This document shows, in pieces, positions 48,210 to 55,845 of a stretch of 64,000 bases of DNA. Each line of letters begins with the position of its first letter. Positions within the stretch are counted from its first letter, which is position 1. Source of the stretch: Lachnospiraceae bacterium (lineage in GTDB: Bacteria > Bacillota > Clostridia > Lachnospirales > Lachnospiraceae); the NCBI GenBank assembly GCA_022510745.1, contig JAFLSY010000005.1, positions 153,427 through 217,426 of the forward strand, in the 5' to 3' direction. Below the pieces are notes generated by a model. It worked only from the letters and a program-made list of their open reading frames with translations. It was not told where the DNA came from and ran no database searches. A program made the translations under genes and the position numbers.

Positions 48210-49012
48210 AAGGGGGTCAGGGGGATATGCCCTCTGCAAGCAAATTTTCATAAGTTTCTGTGCAGAAAAACTTGTGAAAATTTTGCCTGTGGACGCCCGT
48301 AAGCAGTGCTTGCTATTCTGGCAGCGTATATACGCAGGCAGTGCTTGCTATTCGTCCACATGTCATGACACAGGCAGTGCTTGCTATATCACTTCAAACT
48401 TTCCGTAGGGAGTTTGCGGTTTTTAGGCTGCATAGGCAGTCTGTCCAAAAACCATATAGGCGTTAATGCCAAATTTTTTCAAAAAGCTTTTTTAAATAGG
48501 TACGTTTTTTGCATATTTATCATTTACAATGATGCCATACAAAATATTTTAAGAAAGGTACCCTATAGGGGACACTTCATTTCTTTGTAATCTCTGTGTG
48601 GGCATATTGTTCTTATATGCTTTTTAGTCTGACAGACAGAGCAGATAAAAACTGAATATGGTATCACATACAGGACATGAGGATATGTGTAGCCGCTATG
48701 CAGGTACGCCATGATATGCCTGCTCCGGATCATTGCTGGAGTGAACACGAGGAAATGCCAAACAGTGCATTGAAGTAAAGGCATGGAGCGAGAAATATTT
48801 GGCAAAATGCACAGCAGGTGTGCAGGGCGATGAAGCATATCCGTGATAATGATACTTCCAGATTTCGGAGAAATCTTGAAATCTCGGTCACAAAGATGAC
48901 GGTGCGATTCCGATGTGGGCAGAGTACTGACCTGCCACTTGTATGTGAATTTATGGAATGAAAAATGTGTGGGCATAGCAGAGGATCTGCAGTCTTTGAG
49001 ATGATAAAAAAC
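48210..49012 (+). ncRNA. candidate large structured noncoding RNA / conserved noncoding module, copy 1
   Basis: ORF-poor 0.8 kb that aligns by eye along its length with 56641-57365. Hairpins are conserved with compensatory or G-U changes that work only on the + strand. Exact ends and transcription are unknown. Confidence 0.45.
48303..48387 (+). repeat. three direct copies of GCAGTGCTTGCTAT at 35-36 nt spacing (iteron-like)
   Basis: Copies at 48303-48316, 48338-48351 and 48374-48387. Module copy 2 has a single copy (56736-56749). Confidence 0.8.
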
Positions 49013-49033
49013 AGATAAAAAATACAGCGTTAG

Positions 49034-49070
49034 GGCAGTTATAAACACTTTAGTTTATGCTGCCTTTTTT
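49034..49070 (+). terminator. hairpin plus T-run at the 3' end of module copy 1
   Basis: GGCAG-TT-ATAAAC-loop-GTTTAT-G-CTGCC followed by TTTTTT. It sits immediately before a GGAGGGA RBS. Confidence 0.5.
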
Positions 49071-49139
49071 GCGTGCAGAAGGAGGGAACTGAATGGAAAA
49101 ATCTTATATGAAAGTGGTAAAGAATAAATAGAAAATATC

Positions 49140-49277
49140 ATGTTGGATGAATGGAGCGGACTGGCAGATCTACTTGCTAACCTGATTGAAAAGTACGCAG
49201 CAGATTTGGATATTGCGGATATGCCCGACACAAAATTAGACATGGAAAATAAAGAGGAATTATTGGAGAAAGAATAG
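49140..49277 (+). CDS. small hypothetical protein (45 aa) conserved downstream of both module copies
   Basis: MLDEWSGLADLLANLIEKYAADLDIADMPDTK... shares an L-I-x-K-Y-x-x-D...(D/E)MP(D/N)T pattern with the 33 aa ORF at 57493-57594. Confidence 0.3.
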   Translation: MLDEWSGLADLLANLIEKYAADLDIADMPDTKLDMENKEELLEKE

Positions 49278-49378
49278 AATTCTGTATTGCAAGCAGCACA
49301 GCCATGAGATATAATAATCGTGATAATGCTGTCCAAACAAAAGCCGAAAATATGAAAGAAAGGCAAAGGAGAATACAT

Positions 49379-50455
49379 ATGGATAATCAAAAGCACATGG
49401 GAAAAGATAAAGAGGGAGTAATTTTTCCGATTGCTCCAAATCTTTCCGAAATGGGTGACAGTTATTTGGAGTTCATAGAAAAAATCAAAAGTGAAATTCA
49501 GAAGCAAAGAGTTTCTGTTGTAATGAATGCCAATGCCAGTATGATCTGCCTTTATTGGAATATCGGTAGGGCTATTTTAGCGAAACAGGAAGAAGAGAGA
49601 TGGGGAACAAAGGTCATAGATCGTATGGCAAAAGACTTGAAAGATGCGTTCCCGGAAATGTCTGGTTTTTCTCCTCGAAACATCAAGTATATGCGTAAAT
49701 TTGCCCAATGTTGGCCGGATTATGAAATTGTGCAACGGGTCGTTGCACAAATACCGTGGCGTACAAATATAACATTAATGGACAAATTAAAAACGGAGGA
49801 AGAACGCATATGGTATGCTGGTAAAACGATAGAAAATGGCTGGAGTAAAGCCATTCTGGAGTTGCAGATTCAGAGCAGATTGATGGAGCGTACCGGAAAG
49901 ACGGTTAATAATTTTCCTGCTGCATTGCCGCCTCTTGATTCAGACATGGCAAATCAGATATTTAAAGATCCTTATCTGTTTGATTTCTTGGGAACAGATA
50001 TGCCAAGGCGGGAAGTGGAAATTGAGCAGAAACTGACCGAGCATATACAGAAGTTTCTTTTGGAACTTGGGCAGGGATTCGCTTTTGTTGGCAGACAGGT
50101 ACACTTAGAAATAGGCGGTCAGGATTTTTATATTGATCTTTTGTTTTACCATTTAAAGCTACGCTGCTATGTTGTGATTGAACTGAAAGCCTGTGACTTT
50201 GAGCCGGGATTTATCAGCCAACTTAATATGTATCAGAATGCGGTTAATGATATTTTACGGCATCCGGACGATAAACCTACTATTGGACTTTTACTGGTCA
50301 AAGGAAAGAATGAAACAGTGGTTGAGTATTCTTTAGCTGGGTATCAAAACCCGATTGGTGTTGCGGAATGGAAAAACCAGATTACACAGTCCTTGCCGGA
50401 AGAGTTACAAAGCAGTCTGCCGTCTATCGAGGAAATAGAGAAAGAGTTGGAATAG
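49379..50455 (+). CDS. DUF1016 / YhcG-family PD-(D/E)XK nuclease-like protein
   Basis: YWNIGRAIL...WGTKVIDRMAKDL...SPRNIKYMRKFA N-terminal region and a C-terminal IDLLFYH...VVIELK nuclease core. Start at ATG 49379 after AAGGAG. Confidence 0.8.
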   Translation: MDNQKHMGKDKEGVIFPIAPNLSEMGDSYLEFIEKIKSEIQKQRVSVVMNANASMICLYWNIGRAILAKQEEERWGTKVIDRMAKDLKDAFPEMSGFSPRNIKYMRKFAQCWPDYEIVQRVVAQIPWRTNITLMDKLKTEEERIWYAGKTIENGWSKAILELQIQSRLMERTGKTVNNFPAALPPLDSDMANQIFKDPYLFDFLGTDMPRREVEIEQKLTEHIQKFLLELGQGFAFVGRQVHLEIGGQDFYIDLLFYHLKLRCYVVIELKACDFEPGFISQLNMYQNAVNDILRHPDDKPTIGLLLVKGKNETVVEYSLAGYQNPIGVAEWKNQITQSLPEELQSSLPSIEEIEKELE

Positions 50456-50510
50456 CAGAAGATATTGTAGTAAAAAGTGCAACGGGCGTTGCACAATTGG
50501 AGAGAGCAGG

Positions 50511-52187
50511 ATGAGTAAAGAAAAAGTCAAAGTCTATACCTATACCAGAGTATCCACAGCCATGCAGATAGACGGTTATTCATTGGATGCGCAGAAAGCC
50601 AGAATGAAGGCATTCGCTGACTATAATGAATATGAGATTGTGGGTACATATGAGGATGCCGGAAAGTCCGGTAAATCCATTGAGGGAAGAATGGAATTCA
50701 ACCGCATGATGGAAGATATAAAGGCAGGGAAAGACGGTGTTTCTTTTGTCCTTGTTTTTAAGTTATCCAGATTTGGCAGGAATGCGGCTGATGTACTTTC
50801 TACTTTACAGATCATGCAGGATTTTGGCGTAAACCTGATCTGTGTGGAGGACGGTATTGATTCCTCCAAAGATGCGGGAAAGCTGATGATCTCCGTCCTG
50901 TCAGCGGTTGCTGAAATTGAACGGGAGAATATCCGAGTTCAGACGATGGAGGGGCGTATCCAGAAAGCCCGTGAGGGAAAGTGGAACGGCGGCTTTGCGC
51001 CCTATGGTTATCAGCTGACAGACGGGAAACTTCAGATCAATGAAGAAGAGGCAGCGGCTATCAGGGTGATCTTTGACCAGTATGTGAATACGGATATCGG
51101 CGCTAACGGAGTGGCAAAATATCTTGAAAATCACGGTATCCGTAAAATACAGCGGCAGAATGGGAAAAATCCGCTCTTTGATGCACATCTGATAAGGATC
51201 ATCTTAAAAAATCCGGTGTATTGCGGGAAGATTGCCTATGGACGCAGAAAGACGGAAAAAGTTCACGGAACACGGAACGAGTATCATCTTGTGGAGCAGG
51301 ACAATTACATTCTGGTGGACGGACAACATGAAGCAATCATTGCTGAAGATGTTTGGCAGGCTGCACAGGTAAAACTGATTGCACAGGCAAAGAAGTATGA
51401 GCATGTGAACAAGGCAAAGGATACACGGACGCATCTTCTTTCTGGAATTGTCAAATGTCCGGTCTGCGGTGCGGGTATGTATGGCAACAAGTGTATCAAG
51501 AATAAAAAGGACGGTACGAAATATAAGGACTTTTATTATTATGGCTGTAAACACCGGAAGATGCTTCGTGGTCATAAATGCGACTATAATAAGCAGATAC
51601 GGGAAGAACTTTTGGACGATGCCGTGGCGGAGATCATAGTAAAACTGGTGAGCAATCCCAAGTTTGCTGCCATGATGCAGGAAAAGATCAACAGAAAGGT
51701 TGATACCACTGCCATAGACGGGGAATTAGCTAATTATGAGAAGCAGCTCCGCCAGTTCTATTCTATTAAGACTAAGCTTGCGGAAGAAATAGATTCCCTC
51801 GATCCGGACGACAAACATTATGTCAAACGGAAAGCTGACCTTGATGACAGGCTCTACCGGATGTATGATAAGATAGAAGATGCAGAGACAAAGCTTATTG
51901 AAGCTAGGGCGAAGAAGCAGGCAGTTGAAGCGGAGAAGCTGACCGGAGATAATATCTATAAGGTGCTGATCTACTTTGAAAAGCTCTATGCCGTGATGAA
52001 TGAGGTGGAACGCCGTCAGTTTATGGAAACGCTGATCTCTGAGATACAGGTTTATGAGGATAGGCAGCCTAATGGTCAGTGGCTGAAATCCATTAAGTTC
52101 AAGCTACCGATCATTGAGGAAGACATAGAGATGAGTTTGGACAATGATAAGCATGTTGAGACGGTTGCCCTATTATCCCAAATGTGA
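50511..52187 (+). CDS. large serine recombinase
   Basis: Resolvase catalytic domain (YTRVSTAMQ, SRFGRN), recombinase domain, zinc ribbon CPVCG...YYYGC and a coiled coil. The last 11 codons (HVETVALLSQM) mirror the rlmD core. Confidence 0.92.
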   Translation: MSKEKVKVYTYTRVSTAMQIDGYSLDAQKARMKAFADYNEYEIVGTYEDAGKSGKSIEGRMEFNRMMEDIKAGKDGVSFVLVFKLSRFGRNAADVLSTLQIMQDFGVNLICVEDGIDSSKDAGKLMISVLSAVAEIERENIRVQTMEGRIQKAREGKWNGGFAPYGYQLTDGKLQINEEEAAAIRVIFDQYVNTDIGANGVAKYLENHGIRKIQRQNGKNPLFDAHLIRIILKNPVYCGKIAYGRRKTEKVHGTRNEYHLVEQDNYILVDGQHEAIIAEDVWQAAQVKLIAQAKKYEHVNKAKDTRTHLLSGIVKCPVCGAGMYGNKCIKNKKDGTKYKDFYYYGCKHRKMLRGHKCDYNKQIREELLDDAVAEIIVKLVSNPKFAAMMQEKINRKVDTTAIDGELANYEKQLRQFYSIKTKLAEEIDSLDPDDKHYVKRKADLDDRLYRMYDKIEDAETKLIEARAKKQAVEAEKLTGDNIYKVLIYFEKLYAVMNEVERRQFMETLISEIQVYEDRQPNGQWLKSIKFKLPIIEEDIEMSLDNDKHVETVALLSQM

Positions 52188-52285
52188 TGCAGTATAATGC
52201 GAATCAGGTTATTAATGTGAACTTTGTTCGTATGGGAAAAGGAAGGAATTTGCAGGGTCAGCCCCCAAGATGTTGGTGGTTAAAT

Positions 52286-52337
52286 TCAGGCAAGTTTGAA
52301 TTGGGCATAACAATGGCTGGTATTTGCCTGATTTTTT
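52286..52337 (+). terminator. hairpin plus T-run downstream of the recombinase gene
   Basis: TCAGGCAA...TTGCCTGA (8 bp, large loop) followed by TTTTTT. Confidence 0.45.
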
Positions 52338-52437
52338 GATTGGTTTTATAGATGCATAGGGGATAAATAGCTTTGCTATTGACAAAATTGTTGTTCAAGG
52401 GAGAAAATCCTGTGGGTAAATTATAATCAAGAATAGG

Positions 52438-52516
52438 TCGACGATTGCGGTACAAGATGTTGACATTATAATGTAAAAGTGATATTAATATATATGAATC
52501 GACAGTTGCGGTACAA
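52438..52516 (+). promoter_or_regulatory. promoter flanked by two 18-nt direct repeats (candidate operator pair)
   Basis: TCGACGATTGCGGTACAA (52438-52455) and TCGACAGTTGCGGTACAA (52499-52516) bracket TTGACA (52460-52465), a 17 nt spacer and TATTAA (52483-52488). Confidence 0.5.
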
Positions 52517-52534
52517 AAAGAGAGGAGTGCTTAT

Positions 52535-53266
52535 ATGGGAAGACCGGGTTATATATCATTATATGCTGATGAGAAGACACAGAGGATTTTTGATGAATTT
52601 ACAAGAATAAAAGGTATTACAAAATCAACTGCTTTATCGGAAATGATGGAAATATATATGATTAGTCAAGATGAACAGTTATATTTGAACCTAAAGAAGA
52701 AAATGTTAGGTGTCGAAGTGGCTAAGCAATTAATTCTACAGAGTAGCGATGAGGAACCGGTGAATGACTATATTTTTATTAAGCTTAGTGATTCATTTAC
52801 TAGTAATGGGGAAATTTTAAATGCTGAGGAAACAATGCTTGCGTATATCCGTAATTGTGAAACAAATGGTTTAGATTACACATGGTTCTCAACGGAGTCG
52901 CTTTATTTTGGAATGTCAAAAAAGAAAGTGGATTATTATAATAGGCTTTGTAGTAGAGGTGAAATTGTTAAGATGTTATTTGCTATTGGCGGCGGGATTA
53001 ATGAAATCTGCTATTCCGCAACCGTTGTCGGCATTATTTCAAGTAAAGAACCAGTGTGGTGTGGAGATCTCCCCGAGAGTGTGCCAGTTGAATTTGGAGA
53101 AGGCGAACGTGCGAGAATCTGGATTATGATAAAAAATATTAAAGAAGAGCACAAGTTAAAAGCTGAAATGTTCCGCTTTCGTAGTAATGGTAACTACTTA
53201 AAGCAGGCGATTACAAGTTCCCAATTTCATTTTGGGTACGTCTATATACCAGATTCAGAGGAATAG
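52535..53266 (+). CDS. hypothetical protein with N-terminal ribbon-helix-helix-like segment
   Basis: 243 aa. The N-terminus (YISLYADEKTQRIFDEFTRIKGITKSTALSEMMEIYM) looks CopG/RHH-like. The C-terminal domain is unassigned. Confidence 0.55.
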   Translation: MGRPGYISLYADEKTQRIFDEFTRIKGITKSTALSEMMEIYMISQDEQLYLNLKKKMLGVEVAKQLILQSSDEEPVNDYIFIKLSDSFTSNGEILNAEETMLAYIRNCETNGLDYTWFSTESLYFGMSKKKVDYYNRLCSRGEIVKMLFAIGGGINEICYSATVVGIISSKEPVWCGDLPESVPVEFGEGERARIWIMIKNIKEEHKLKAEMFRFRSNGNYLKQAITSSQFHFGYVYIPDSEE

Positions 53267-53270
53267 AAAC

Positions 53271-53345
53271 ATGAATGAATACAAAAGATGTTTCTTTATT
53301 GATTATGAAAATGTTAATCGTGACGGGTTGAATAGAATTATATAA
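53271..53345 (+). pseudogene. truncated ORF resembling the N-terminus of a NYN/PIN-like domain protein
   Basis: MNEYKRCFFIDYENVNRDGLNRII then a stop. The FIDYENV start is typical of NYN/LabA-like proteins. Only 24 codons remain, followed by out-of-frame debris to about 53395. Confidence 0.3.
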
Positions 53346-53435
53346 TTATCTGAAGATGATTGTGTAAGAATTATTATAACCATATAGATGAAACACTTAC
53401 TTCCGGATTACATAGACGTATAAATGAATCAAAGG

Positions 53436-53540
53436 CACATTGAGATGGTAAATTTATTCTCTAAAACATATTTGAAAAAACGGAGCTGAAGGTCACTAAT
53501 CTTTATATTGCACGGGTAAAGCAACAAGGAAAAGGATTGC
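53436..53540 (+). other. remnant of the element left-end ORF (compare 40576-40740)
   Basis: CACATTGAGATGG... reads HIEM, and KTELKVTNLYIARVKQQ parallels HIEVEI...EKTGLQVSNLYIAQVKRK of the rlmD tail, with deletions and a frameshift. Confidence 0.5.
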
Positions 53541-53905
53541 GAAAAGCAGTCCTTTTTTGATACAGAAACGGAAATGGAGGACGAGAAATTATGACAAATT
53601 TCAAAGTATGAGATGGAAACTGTGGTGAATTATAATGCCGGAGAGCAAATTACCACTGTCTATATAAGGGATAAGCCGAGGACAAGATAGACTTTACAGA
53701 TCAGTGGGATAGGTTGCCAAAGGAAAAGCAGTGGGAATTTATTGACAGAAGAGCAGATCTCGCAAGATTGGCAGAGATAGACCTGTAAAATAAGTTTTTT
53801 GAGTATTATTTACCCTTTCCTTTTAATTTTGCATTTATCTAAATAAACTTGAAAATTTGATATAATTATGATATAATCAAAATCTGGCTGGAGGTTTAAA
53901 ATTAT

Positions 53906-54892
53906 ATGGACAAAAAAGTTATATCTAAAATTGTTAAAGCCAGCGGCATATCTGCCGACGAAATGGTCCTCATTCATTTTTGGGGAGAGGACGCTGACAA
54001 GGAGATTGCAAACAGCTTTATGGTAGCTGTGGCGGAGATAGGAGCTACGCCCGTATTGTTACAGCAATCCCGTTCTGTAAATCGGAACATTTTCCTTGCA
54101 GTAAAAGAAAGCTGCTTTAGTGAGCAATATTTTGAATTGTTCACTAAGTTTGACACGGTGCTTGATGTTTTCGCTTATCGTCCTGTTATTCTTGGATATG
54201 AAATTGATAAAGATAAATTTGAGCTTTACCGCAAGTATATGGCGCAACTTTTTTCAAAGCTCATGAACTGTAAACGCTTTACACAGATTAGAATTCCCAC
54301 TGCCGCAAACGCAGAAGAATCCGGTCTCGACACACAGGATTATATTCAGCGTATGGAGAGAGCCTATGATGTTGATTATAATGCTATTTATGAGGCTTGC
54401 AAGGAGGCAAGAGAGCGTTTAGAGGGGGTCAATAAAGTGTTGCTCCGCACGGGGGAAAATTGTGAACTTTCCTTTGAACTAACCGATAGAGTGTGGCATA
54501 TTGATGCCGGGGACGGCGACCTTCCATGCGGCGAGATTTATATTGCCCCTGTCGAAGATAAAACACAAGGTACGGTTTATTTTGAAACATTCTACCTTGA
54601 CGACGCTAATTATAAGCACGTTATATTGCATATCAAAGATGGGTTGATAAGCAATAGTAATCAACCTGAAATTACCGCCTTTTTTGAGAAACAACCACAA
54701 GAAAATAGGGTTGTTTGCGAACTTGGCTTTGGAATGAACCCCAATGTGACTGATCTGTGCGGTTATATTGTTTTGGATGAAAAAATGTGCGACTCTTTTC
54801 ACATTGCTGTTGGCGCAAATAATATGTTCGGCGGTACAAACGCAGCCTCAGATCATATTGATTTTGTCGGACATGGTACGATAGTCTTATAA
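53906..54892 (+). CDS. M29 (AmpS/aminopeptidase T)-like aminopeptidase
   Basis: 328 aa. The C-terminal FHIAVGANNMFGGTNAASDHIDF resembles the M29 metal-binding region. GGAGG RBS. Confidence 0.55.
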   Translation: MDKKVISKIVKASGISADEMVLIHFWGEDADKEIANSFMVAVAEIGATPVLLQQSRSVNRNIFLAVKESCFSEQYFELFTKFDTVLDVFAYRPVILGYEIDKDKFELYRKYMAQLFSKLMNCKRFTQIRIPTAANAEESGLDTQDYIQRMERAYDVDYNAIYEACKEARERLEGVNKVLLRTGENCELSFELTDRVWHIDAGDGDLPCGEIYIAPVEDKTQGTVYFETFYLDDANYKHVILHIKDGLISNSNQPEITAFFEKQPQENRVVCELGFGMNPNVTDLCGYIVLDEKMCDSFHIAVGANNMFGGTNAASDHIDFVGHGTIVL

Positions 54893-54907
54893 CTGGAGAG
54901 CAATGAT

Positions 54908-55276
54908 ATGAATGAGCAACAACAAAAATTTGAGTTCTATCTTGATGAACAGATTGCAGCCTGTAAGCAACGCAGTAAGCTGCTTGCTGAGGATGACCGT
55001 ATGGATGAAGGGAATTTTGAAAAAGTTCGCGCAAACGTCTATGAGATTTTCAAAACTATTCTCTCTGTTGCGGAAAAGGTTTGTGGGAATGATGATTTAG
55101 CTAAGAGACATTTTTTCTTCACAAAAGCTGAGCAGATTCCAATGAGTTGGATGACTTCCTATGAAAAGGCCAAAAAGAATAGGGATGTTGAAAAAATGCG
55201 TATTGAAAGCATTAAGCTCGACACCATCCAGGAAATCAAGGATATGTGTATGCAAATTTGGGAGGAAACTACATGA
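54908..55276 (+). CDS. hypothetical protein
   Basis: 122 aa helical protein. Its stop overlaps the next start (ATGA at 55273-55276). Confidence 0.5.
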   Translation: MNEQQQKFEFYLDEQIAACKQRSKLLAEDDRMDEGNFEKVRANVYEIFKTILSVAEKVCGNDDLAKRHFFFTKAEQIPMSWMTSYEKAKKNRDVEKMRIESIKLDTIQEIKDMCMQIWEETT

Positions 55277-55830
55277 CCGAAGCAGAAGCAATCAGCCTAT
55301 TTAAGTGCTTGGCAGATAAGTCACGACTACAAATATTGAAATCCCTTGCTGTTGAGGATATGTATGTCGAGAGATTGGCAGAGCGATTGGGCCTTACTGC
55401 GCCTACAATTTCTTTCCATCTAAAAAAACTATCGGACGCTGGTGCTGTGACCGCATACAAAAATCAGTATTATATGATGTATTCCTTAAACAAAGAGATA
55501 TTTCAGACCAGCATATTGGAAATACTGCAGCAAGAATCTGACGAGGCGCAAAAACAGGCACAGCGGGACGCAGATTACCGACAAAGGGTAATTGACACCT
55601 TTTTTGAATATGGGAAGCTAAAATCAATTCCCACCCAGCTCAAAAAGGAACACATTGTTTTAGAAGTTATTGCCGAAGCATTTGATTTTGACAGGATGTA
55701 TTCCGAGCGGGAAGTAAACATTATTATTGCCGATTTCTATGATGATTTCTGTACCATCCGCCGTGACATGGTTAGTGAAAGGATTTTAGGTAGAAATGGT
55801 ATAGAGTATTGGCGAATCAAAAACGACTGA
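55273..55830 (+). CDS. ArsR-family HTH regulator with DUF2087-like C-terminal domain
   Basis: LADKSRLQILKSL...ERLGLTAPTISFHLKKLSDAG winged helix. The C-terminal half (REVNIIIADFYDDFCTIRRDMV) is DUF2087-like. Confidence 0.75.
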   Translation: MTEAEAISLFKCLADKSRLQILKSLAVEDMYVERLAERLGLTAPTISFHLKKLSDAGAVTAYKNQYYMMYSLNKEIFQTSILEILQQESDEAQKQAQRDADYRQRVIDTFFEYGKLKSIPTQLKKEHIVLEVIAEAFDFDRMYSEREVNIIIADFYDDFCTIRRDMVSERILGRNGIEYWRIKND

Positions 55831-55845
55831 TGGGAGTAGAGAACA

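Larger units (their letters stand above)
40546..52187 (+). mobile_element. integrative element (large serine recombinase type) inserted in the 3' end of rlmD, defence-gene cargo
   Basis: Codon-aligned core (CAT GTG GAG ACG GTA TGC TTA TTG TCC) at 40534-40560 recurs at the recombinase C-terminus (CAT GTT GAG ACG GTT GCC CTA TTA TCC, 52152-52178). The interior is AT-rich and the recombinase sits at the right end. Confidence 0.7.

Noticed and set aside
48303-48387. CRISPR or other guide array
   Set aside because: There are only three 14-nt repeats, the spacers of about 21 nt are themselves partly related, no cas or other effector genes are adjacent, and copy 2 has a single unit.
48896-48961. 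21-codon ORF (MTVRFRCGQS(T/A)DLPLVCEFME) in the most conserved 91-nt block of the module
   Set aside because: It is conserved in both copies, but no Shine-Dalgarno sequence precedes it in either copy, and the conservation extends equally beyond its stop codon. RNA- or DNA-level conservation explains it better. It is not fully excluded.
48210-49012. Group II intron or retron interpretation of the module
   Set aside because: There is no GUGYG 5' end, no recognisable domain V, no reverse transcriptase or maturase ORF nearby, and the flanks are not exon-like.
48563-49048. 161 aa minus-strand ORF inside module copy 1
   Set aside because: The sequence is Cys/His/Ser-rich and not protein-like. The equivalent frame in copy 2 hits a stop after about 43 codons because of indels in a hairpin region, and the substitutions between copies are mostly non-synonymous. 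I treat it as a chance ORF over a noncoding element.
49055-49507. 150 aa minus-strand ORF
   Set aside because: It overlaps the DUF1016 5' region and the small plus-strand ORFs in antisense and has no recognisable features.
53560-53790. Short ORF fragments (…YEMETVVNYNAGEQITTVYIRDK…, …DQWDRLPKEKQWEFIDRRADLARLAEIDL)
   Set aside because: They look like pieces of mobile-element genes interrupted by stops and frameshifts. I cannot name the family, so I record them only as decay debris of the tandem element.
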